DNA of 64,000 nt from NCBI RefSeq assembly GCF_902652985.1, contig NC_047016.1:21824001-21888000 (forward strand), read 5' to 3'. Shown in pieces: positions 54,879 through 64,000 of the stretch. Each line of letters starts with the position of its first letter. Within the stretch, counting starts at the first letter, position 1. A program made the translations under genes and the position numbers. The notes beneath the pieces are model-generated. The model searched no databases. It worked only from the letters and a program-made list of their open reading frames with translations, and was not told the origin of the DNA. The stretch is from Pecten maximus. Its lineage: Eukaryota.

Positions 54879-57237
54879 GATGTTTTCAAGATTGATAGAA
54901 GAAGGCACTGTATCGGCAAATGTTTTGTTTGAGACATATCGCTTGGAAATAACGGATCTTGGCTATAAAGAAACTGATGTTACATCTCCACAACTGTTTT
55001 CTCAATATGTTACACAGTTGTACCCCAATGTTAAGAAAACAAGACAACATATTGGATCTTTGAAACAAACTATTTATATTGGACTATCATTATCTACCAA
55101 CTCTTTCCAAAGGGATAGAAAAATAACACCAGAAGAACTAGTAACTAACCTACCACTTGGTTTTATATTGACTAAAAAAACAGAACAAAAAATTCAATGG
55201 TCATATCCAACACCTCACATTTCAAATGGAAACACTGTCTATAAAGATATAACTTTCAATAAAGACGGAAGCTGGCAGATGGTCATTGGGACGAAAGACA
55301 TTGATTTGAAAAGCATTGGAATAGATAATAGTTTCATTGGTGATTTAGATTTGGTCTGTAAACAGGTGACTTCAATTAGACTGTGTGAAGGAATCGCTAT
55401 TGACAAAAATATAGTATGTAGTCGTTTCCACATCCTTGATGCATGGCAAGACAGTGATGGCAAATGCGAGAAACATTTAAGATCAATTAACTGTGTCAAA
55501 GTAATTGGATTCATTCACAGATCTCAAGTGTGTAGAGTATGCCAAAAAATGACATTTGGGTCACAAACAGAGAATACCACACAAGAAAATTCAAGTCCTC
55601 AACTTACTCTTACTCTTAGGGAGCAATTTCAAAAGTTAATTCCAAATGCACCAGAAAACATGCTTGAACTTTTAATAAGTCAAGCCAATAACTGTGGAAA
55701 GGATGCCCGTGGTAGAAGATGGAGTCAAGTATTGATTTCAATTTGCCTTCAACTCTTCACAAGAAGTCCAAGTGGTATCTGTATGTTAAGAAACAGTGGC
55801 ATATTAATGCTTCCATCACCTTCCCTACTGATTTTGTATAAAAACAATGTGAAGCATGAAGTAGGGTTCAAAGAGGAGATATTTCATTGGATGTATAGTG
55901 AGGCAAAGCGGCTAAATATTTCTTCCGCTGGTATGATTGGTGGTGTTATACTAGACGAGATGGCTATACAGAGTGACATTCAGATAACCAAGAATGGTGA
56001 CGTCGTGGAACTCCTTGGATTTACTGACCTAGGTCAAGAAGGAAACATGTGTGAGGTCCTCAAATCAGGCAAGAAAGAAAAGACATTAGGAACTCATGTA
56101 CTTCAGCTGATTTTTCTGGGTGTAACAGGATTTCGCTTCCCTTTTGCACATTTTTTATCAACGACAGTACAAGCAGCACAGCTTCATGTTTTATTTTGGG
56201 ATGCTGTGGATTGGCTAGGAATGTATGGGTTCCAAGTTGCCTATACTTGCATGGATGGAGCACCATGCAACAGATCCTTCATGCATATAAACTTGCAGCA
56301 TCGCCTGGTTGAGGAATCTGTATGTGTTCCTAGTCCATGTAGATTCAATACATCGGTTATTTTTATGATGGATTTCTCTCATTCTATCAAGAAAATCAGA
56401 AATAATATCATGAAAAGTGGAGTTTCAAAGGAGTCAACAAGATTATTGACACTTCAAGATGGTACCCAAATTCAATGGCAGATGTGGATAGAGTGCTACA
56501 GATGGGACCAACAAAATGGCCTCTCTCTCCACAGAAGTCTAACAAATGAACACATCTTTCCAAGTTCACAAATGAAAATGAGAAACCACCTCGCTGAAGA
56601 AGTGCTGAACAATGAAATGCTTCATCTCTTTCTTCAGTACCAAGCATCTCTTGGCAAGAAAGGAGAAGTGTTGAACGGGGCTATTCAGCTTATTCGACAA
56701 ACGTCTAAGCTGATAAGTATATTTCGGGATAGAAGACCAATTCAAACCAACGATGATGAGAGACTTAAAGTACTGCAAGAAGCTCTAAGCTGGTTTATTG
56801 ACTGGAAATCTACAATAACATCAGATTCGTCATTGTCAAAACAGGTCAAGGCACATATGCTAATGTCTTCACAATGTATAGAAGATTTGCAGGCATGTGT
56901 AATTGGATTTGTAGAACTTTGTTCTAAGCTTACATCAGGCAGTGACTCAATATCTATAACACCATGTTTAGTCAATTCAGATGCTATAGAAAATGAGTTT
57001 AATCAGCAGAGATCAACATTCAATGGTGCAAACACAAACCCAAATGCCCTTCAATACCGAAGAACACTGAATAATATCATACTTGGTCAAAATATTGTAT
57101 CTACGAAAGCAAATGCTGGCAAAAACAATGCTGCTTTATCATACGCGTTCCAAAATCCAAATCCCTTGAAGACCCAAAAAAGGAAAATCCAGGACAAGCC
57201 AGCTGATTCACAGAAAATTAAAATCATCAGAATGTAA
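54879..57237 (+). CDS. P-element/THAP9-family DDE transposase (785-aa exon; short upstream exon likely)
   Basis: Uninterrupted ORF with LPSPSLL, ILDEMAI (D1), CMDGAPCN (D2), MDFSHSIKKIRNN (DxxH..K.IRN), QMKMRNHLA, NSDAIENEFNQQRS..GANTNPNALQY (E). Preceded by acceptor ctaatttcag. Confidence 0.9.
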
Positions 57238-57602
57238 TTATTTTGATGTGTGAATGGTGTATATTTGACGATTTTGTATCATCAGATGTGCAGTGCAACA
57301 CTAACGTGAAATACTTTTTTTTAATAATTTTTCTGAAGTCCTGTTAACAGCCATGGTCATTTCAGTACTCGCCTGGTTTGGAGATGCAGGAATGCCAGAG
57401 TACCCAGAGAAAAACCACTGAACATTGAACATTGAACCAAGTATGTGTTGAACTCACAACCCAAAGATGTATGGCTAGTGATAAAGTGTCGGGATATTTC
57501 AATGGACCACAAAGGCCCAAAAATAATGTGAAATTAATATGGTAGTGTGTATCAGTGACAGTGTAATGGATGTAAATATAATATCTATGGCAATTTGAAT
57601 AC

Positions 57603-60199
57603 CTGATAGCATTACAGCAGTGTAGACTGTCATCAAGTTCTCGAGACGGTGTGTCAATGAAGGTCTGGACGATATCTGGCTGCTGAATACAAACACTCGG
57701 ATTGAAATTCAGGATACGAAGCCCAGCCGCACTCCTAACTCTTCCCATGGCAACGCCTAGCTGACCAGCTTTAAATATGTTGCGACAGTCAACTTCTACT
57801 CTGAAATAAGAATTTTTATAAAGTGTGTAAAGTTTAACTGACTATTATATCATATTCAATGATGTTTACATTGTACTTATAACAAGCACTTTATAGCAGG
57901 TGCATGTAGTCCAAAACATTATAATACAGACATTTTTCTACGCAATGTTTAGCAACATTATCTTGGAAAAATATCAATTTAATCCAACATAAATCAACTA
58001 ATAGTTACAAATATATTTACTTAACATATATATGCATGACACCATGAGACAAGTCAAATGAAATTAATCAAATTATTCTATTTCATTCAAGTGAGTACTT
58101 AAAGAAAACTACAAGATTTATGATGTAAAAATAAAAAAATTAGTTACAGAAAAAAAAAGATTAGCATTGTTATGTAATACATGCCTACATATGTTTATTT
58201 ATATGTATATATATGTAAGCAATAAGTATACATGTGTGAATGAATATGAGCCTTTGTGAATGTTGTGAATGAATATGAGCCTTTGTGAATGTATGTATGT
58301 TTGTTTGTATGTATGTAATATTTTCTCCTTATATCTGATTGAACTCTCTTTATTATTACTTCGAAATCCTTTTCTTTATCTTCTTCTTTATCCTTTCTAC
58401 GTTTTATTCTAATAAAAAACTTCTCCTAATATAGATCAATTACATCCTTCTGCATTTAATCTTTCTTGTGTATTGCAATACTATATAATACATATCTTTC
58501 TATTTCTCATTGTTTCTTCTCTTTTACAACAATCAGATAACCAGATTTCTTGGAAAGGACCACTATAGGCTTAGCCTGTTGTCTAATCCATTTATTTATA
58601 TAACTTTATTTAAATGTATAAACACTAATTACTTGATATAAAATATTTTGAAATGAAATGAGATCACTTTTTTTTCCTTTTCTTTAGAACATATAATACC
58701 TATCCAGAGTCATTCCTTGGGCCTTGTGGATACTCAGGGCAAAGGCAAGCTTCAATGGGTACTGCATCCTTTCTGCCACATTCTTTCCAATGACAGGACT
58801 AAATACTAAATGAACATAAATACATGCAATGTATGTGTAATCAATATCATTATAATGTATGTACATTGTAATCATTATAAGTACTGTGAACTGTGTCATC
58901 AATACATTTGGGCTTTCAGTAATATTTGTTTCCCAAACTAGATTCAATAGAACTTGGGCATTGTTGTATTGACAGATTGTGTGTAAATAGATTGGGCTAT
59001 TTATAAGTAAAACAGAATAACTGAGTAGTTATTTAATTATGGATAATCTATATATACATGATAACATACATTATTTTGTAATGATTAATTATTAATAATT
59101 AAGCAATTATGATCATTCTATCATCAAATTAAAACCCATGTATACAAGTGTTTTAGTACATATGAATAACTGTTATCAAGATCATATGAATTTCATTTGA
59201 CATCTCAACTTTAAGCATCTTATATTTACCTGTGAACTTAATTTTTGTTATCCTATGTACACCTAATGATCCGAAGTCCACTACAGGTCCATCTTTCCCC
59301 AGTGAAACAATATATCCCTGCAATCCATTGTAAAGAACTTTGGAAAAATTGCGAAGGAGCACAACTGGACAACCTTCCTTCAACCAAAGTTTTTGTGGAG
59401 CCAGTATCTTTGAGAGATGTTTTTTATCCCCAGTATCAACTGCAGAGTACTCAATCAACTCTCCCCTCCAGTTCAAAATACGCCTTCTGTTATAGTCATC
59501 CACAAGGTTATTAGTAGCAAACAACTTAACAGAAGGAGGCCCTGTTGGTAATGGCCTCTCCATAGAGTTAATAAGGGTTAATGATTCTTCTGTCAGTTCA
59601 ACCCCTTCACTGACCTCTTGGATGGCTTTAATAAGGGTCTGGTCTTGTTGCCTGATTATGTCACATAATATAACACGATGAGGAACAGCAGTTTGAAATA
59701 GTTCTGACTGAAAGCAGAAGTTACCTTCATCATTGTATTGTACATTAGGAACAGGTGGGAGTTGTCTGAAATCGCCACAGAGTATAAGTTGTATACCACC
59801 AAAGATAGCATCTGGATTTTTCAGGCTGCATACTTCCTCCAGTTGCTGAAAAAGCTTATCTGAAAGCATGCTTATTTCATCTATTATTAGTGTGTCAGCC
59901 TTCATCAATCGTTCTAAAGTGTCTCTGTGTTTGGGGGTTTCCTTGATCAATGTAGCAATTTCTTTGGATGAATATCGACCGTCATCTATGCCAGCCCATC
60001 TGTGAATTGTCATCGCATTGCTAAAATTTGCACAAGCTATCCCTGTTGTACACGTGATATGAACACTTTTGTCTGCTTTACGGAGTCCGTTTTCTATTTC
60101 TGAAATCAGAAAGGACTTGCCAGTTCCCGCTGATCCACCTATGTATAAATTGTGGACTGCGATGGCAATATCATAGGCTTCCTTCTGTTTTAAATTCAT
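57603..60199 (-). CDS. PIF1-family (SF1B) DNA helicase, coding exons 60199-59230, 58805-58700, 57800-57603
   Basis: GSAGTGKS (I), TCTTGIAC (Ia), TIHRWAGI, LIIDEISML (II), FGGIQLILCGDFRQLPPV (III), IRQQD (IV), LKEGCPVVLLRN, QYPLKLAFALSIHKAQGMTLD (V), GQLGVAMGRVRS (VI-like). Splice sites are GT-AG and phase-consistent. Confidence 0.92.
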
Positions 60200-60462
60200 T
60201 TTTGAGAACAGTGTGCATGTCACAGTACAAATCTATATACATTGTATTTAGATCACGGACAGTAGATGCACCGTGCTACTAAAAGGTGTTTTTACGATGC
60301 ATCTTACCTTTTCCACTGTAAGGATGCTAACATTTTGTACTTTACATATACAAAGTCATGATTTATGACAAATTATTTCGTATCTGAAGTTGATAAACCT
60401 GTAGAGTGATGGGAAATACAAATCGCACATGCTGCTCTGCTTCTGCTTGTTTGTTGTTATAA

Positions 60463-61066
60463 TTCGGATACGATTTCCGTTTAGCGATTGTGATATGAAA
60501 AACCCCGAGAGTTTCGAGAGAATTAGCGAATGTGAAGGTCGAATTACCTGAAAATAACGAACCAATCAGCGTTGAGATAACAACTTCTTACACAGCGGAA
60601 AACATGGCGGCTTCAGGCATAAAATCAGCGATGCGTTATCAACAAAAGCCAGAGGCGAGCAACAGGGTAATTTTTAGATAGGAACACATGTGCAAGTAAG
60701 TTTGTTTCCTGCCTAAGTTTCATCGTTTAGAGACTGGAGTGCTGACATGCGGTACTGTTGAAGCTACTCTCTAGAGACATTTCGTGTTATTCGCTGGACA
60801 GATGAGTGTCCGACTAAATAAAATCTGACTAATTTTCGATGTTTTGTGACGTCTAGTGATAGTTCTATGACTATATATATAGTGAATTATATACCAAATT
60901 AAAGGGGGGACATTTGTCTGTCGATTGAGACCATTACCAGCGGCACATCTTCGATGGTTTGTCTACAATTACAATTTTCCTGAAATTAGGTGGGTTATCT
61001 ATGCCGATCGAGTTATTGACCTTGATTATATATTGGGTGTATTGACAGACGAGGCTAGGACCTGTG
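60463..61066 (-). repeat. Right TIR (604 bp)
   Basis: Reverse complement of 49956-50559. Confidence 0.95.
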
Positions 61067-61239
61067 GGCCTACAGTTAATTAAATACAATATTTATAATA
61101 TATCCAGTATATGAGTAAAAAGACACTTAACATCTACATCAATTTCACGGGTTTTAGGTTTTTGAAAAATTGTCGAATGTCAACATAAATTTCGTGAGAG
61201 TTTATATAGATCTTTTATACCATCAATGCATGTTGCAAG

Positions 61240-61540
61240 TTTTGTGTTTACGTCCAATGCGTTTCCTCCTTTTTCTGACTGTGTCTACCCGCGGTTGGAA
61301 TATGGTTGACTACCTCGCATTCTGAATAACAATATATCACATGTAAAGTGCGCAAGGCCGAACTTACGTTCCCCTTACAATATACAATCTGACAGATGGA
61401 GTACATACTGAAGTAATAGTTGGTTGCCGCAAAGTGCACATGCTTTTAGAGCATCGGCCAAAGTCCCCAACTCCACTATGCGTCGGCCCGTGCGCCATGA
61501 AGTGTCCTCTTGTTCTACATTGCCATAAATTGGAGATGTG
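61240..61540 (-). pseudogene. Fragment of another DNA-transposon protein (Mutator-like/Kolobok-type N-terminal Cys-rich region)
   Basis: Minus strand SWRTGRRIVELGTLADALKACALCGNQL...LSDC*..ERKFGLA..C..SECEVVNHIPTAGRH, with stop and frameshift. The family assignment is from memory of the motif only. Confidence 0.45.
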
Positions 61541-61668
61541 CTAACCTCTTCCTGACTTGATATAAATTGTCTCCGCCGAGACTGTAACTAACGTTATATG
61601 GTCGTCACACATTGGCACAAATGTGATACATCGGCGCTGTCCTTGTTTTCAATGGACCATCTTTAATC

Positions 61669-61768
61669 ACAGGTGCCTGACTCGTTTTATAAAATAATAA
61701 CATATAGAGTACATATAAATGAGAGTACTCTATATGTTATTATTTTATAAAACGAGTCAGGCACCTGT
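61669..61768. repeat. Perfect foldback: 44-bp arms, 12-nt loop
   Basis: acaggtgcctgactcgttttataaaataataacatatagagtac-atataaatgaga-gtactctatatgttattattttataaaacgagtcaggcacctgt. Confidence 0.9.
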
Positions 61769-62576
61769 TTTTTTGCTTTAATTTATGTTCTCACTTCATT
61801 GAAAGCATAAGCCTTACCTAGTCTTTTAGTTTTACAAAACTGACCCCTTTACCTCTTGACCGTATCGTGCTGTAGGCCTAAACATTTATCTCCCAGCTGA
61901 CTTGAAAATGTATAGTTTTCACTTGTTAACAATGTATCTAACAAATTGATTTTTAATTTATTTACATGATCAAACTAGGTATATTTTCAACATTCCACAT
62001 GCTACTGTCGCTCTAGTATTTTTGTAAATGATTAACAAATAATTGTTAATATGTTTTGATTTTTAATTAGACGTGTTTGTGTGAGTGAAGGAAATATTGA
62101 CAAAAAAGTTACGATGTTTGTATTGCTGTCAAAATGAATGTTTTTGGTTTCTTCATGTTTTATGTGAGGGCCATATGTAAGATTAGTACTGTACTAAATA
62201 TGTAACCCTCGTGAAATAAAGTTTTATTATTATTATTATTATAAAACCAGATGTAACTATTCGTGAATATAATCAAGGGCCCGGATCGCCGGACGCCGGA
62301 TCGCCGGATCGCCGGACTCATGTCTGTGACGTCACAGAAGGGTCGGTCTACCTTAAGTATAATAGAATAATATATAATCTTAGTGACGCTAGATTGTATC
62401 CATGCGCGAAAATCTATTCACATTCCAATGCGAAAATTAACCAATAAAATTATCCAAAAATATTTACATCTCTCCCTAATTCTTCAGCTTAGTAAACTCT
62501 GACTGTGTTGAAATTAGCGTAAAACAGTGAAAAGGGTTAAGCGGATTAATAAGCGTGGGAAAGTTTAACATAATCA

Positions 62577-64000
62577 TGACGTCGTATGTTTGTGACGTTA
62601 CCGGAACGTCAATTAGACGTCGCCATTTTCATAGGAGTGATCAACGCAATTTTAGCGTTTTCTCCTGTTACCCGATTGTAATGATATTTGGTGTAGTTCA
62701 ACCATAAGCTCTACACAGTCAGAGTTATCGCCCTTGTGAGAGCACATGTGATTCATTCGAATAAAATGGCTGCTGGAACACACACGTAATGTCTTAGTGT
62801 CGTTCCTCTTAATGGAAAGCTACGGTACGATCAACCAAGACCTGATCTACACGATAGCATTATTACATGGTGTCTGAATAGTCTGAACTTAAGAAATGGC
62901 ATTATCGGGGATCCAAACACCCGAATTAGACTTGAATTCTACAAATCTGCCGGAGGCATGGCGGAAGTTTCGGCAGCACGCTGGACTGATTTTTGATGGA
63001 CCCTTGAAAGGCAAGGATGAAGCAACGAAGTGCACTTATCTATTATTATGGGTTGGACAAAAAGGTATCGATATTTACACTACATGGAACCTGTCCGAGG
63101 AAGACGGCAAGAAAATTAAATCGTACGACGATGGCTTTGCAAAACATGTACAGCCGAAGGCTAACCCAGTATTTGCACGATACAAATTTAATAACATTGT
63201 TCAGGATACGTCAACGTTTGACGAGTTTGTAACAAAACTAAAGCTAGCTGTGAAGGACTGCTCGTACACAAATGCAGATGAGATGGTACGTGATCGTATT
63301 GTCTTCGGTGTTAGTTCACAGAAAGCTAGAGAAAAACTTATCAACGAAGGGAAAGACTTAACTATGGACAAGGCAGTACAAATTGGACAGAGTCACGATT
63401 ACGAACAAAAGCAGATGAGCACAATGACGATGGGAGCACAGGCACAAGAAATACACGCAATTTCACACAGAACAAAGGGACATTACTCTAGTCGCGAAAG
63501 TGAACACAGACGGGGTGAAAGAAAATATTAACGTCAACAACATGGAACAGACAAACAGTACGTGAATAATAACACATTCAGTGACAAAAACAACACAAAA
63601 GAGTGTGGGAGCTGTGGAAGGGAACATAAACCCTCTGACGTATGTCAAGCAAAAGGCAGAAGATGCAAAAAGTGCAACAAATGGAACCATTTTGCTGTGA
63701 AGTGTAGATCTAGAGACATACATCAAATAACAGGCGGTGATGAATCGGAGTCTGAGTAATCAGACAGTTTTTTCATTGATACTATAAGTAATAACACTCA
63801 AAAGCACAACAATAATCAAGCCCTGGTCTCTATCACTACAGGCCCCAACTCCTGCCCAGTTACATTTAAACTTGATACAGGTGCCCAGGTAAATGTGTTG
63901 CCCAAGAGTGTATTTCATAAAATATGCCCAAATATGACCCTGTCTAAGCCCGAAAAACACTTGTCGTCTTATGGAGGCGCACCCATTGAAACACTAGGTC
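62577..64000 (+). mobile_element. 5' part of a Gypsy/Ty3 LTR retrotransposon (Mag-like), truncated by the window end
   Basis: Putative LTR TG..CA ~62577-62867 with AATAAA, followed immediately by TGGTGTC (PBS-like), then gag and protease. Confidence 0.85.
62896..64000 (+). pseudogene. gag-protease of the Gypsy element with two in-frame stops
   Basis: NLPEAWRKF..YLLLWVG..FARYKF..RDRIVFGV gag core, knuckles CGSCGREH..C / CKKCNKWNHFAVKC, aspartic protease FKLDTGAQVNVLP. TAA at 63529-63531 and 63757-63759 in the same frame. Confidence 0.85.

Larger units (their letters stand above)
49956..61066 (+). mobile_element. P-superfamily DNA transposon, 11,111 bp, 604-bp TIRs, carrying a transposase and a PIF1 helicase-PHD gene
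   Basis: Ends CACAGG...CCTGTG, 7-bp TSD ggcctac (49949-49955 and 61067-61073), TIRs 49956-50559 and 60463-61066 identical by eye, intact P-type transposase. Confidence 0.92.

Noticed and set aside
57603-60223. Helitron, or the host PIF1 gene, as the explanation for the helicase
   Set aside because: No Rep/HUH motifs or Helitron ends are seen, the protein starts directly at the helicase core, and it lies between the TIRs of the P element.
60604-60700. Outward-facing short ORF and splice donor in the TIR (MAASGIKSAMRY...)
   Set aside because: Only 25 codons before a stop and no recognisable domain; treated as a promoter motif only.
49951-61072. Alternative reading with a 5-bp TSD (gccta) and CC..GG ends
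   Set aside because: The 7-bp duplication ggcctac with CA..TG termini fits equally exactly and matches the P-type transposase.

Overview
Intron-rich, AT-rich eukaryotic (animal) genomic DNA; the repeat repertoire (HINE/pearl-type element carrying a ~167-bp satellite, tRNA-derived SINEs) suggests a bivalve mollusc, which is an inference. Host genes, all on the minus strand: a complete 7-exon SLC16/MCT-family transporter (13893->5526), exon 1 of a tandem paralogue (3248->3068), an 11-exon SLC23/NAT nucleobase-ascorbate transporter (45587->37694) and a small uncharacterised gene (~34.5-32.2 kb). Two large mobile elements stand out. (1) A 9,720-bp Polinton/Maverick-like element (15019-24738; AGTAGT..ACTACT ends, ~290-bp TIRs, 6-bp TSD ACTAGT) with a decayed zinc-finger/pPolB gene, a packaging-type ATPase and an integrase-chromodomain gene, but no visible capsid or protease genes. 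It is nested in the satellite array of a HINE-type element that itself sits upstream of the SLC16 gene. (2) An apparently young 11,111-bp P-superfamily transposon (49956-61066; 604-bp TIRs, CA..TG ends, 7-bp TSD GGCCTAC). Its intact transposase lies antisense inside an intron of a predicted spliced ~1047-aa PIF1 helicase-PHD finger gene, and it appears to have an RFX-like winged helix in place of a THAP domain. This is the best candidate for an undescribed system. Also present: a LINE RT fragment, a Tc1 relic, SINE pieces, several minisatellites (two start exactly at splice donors), palindromic mini-elements and the 5' end of a defective Gypsy LTR retrotransposon. All calls were made by eye; no database searches were run.
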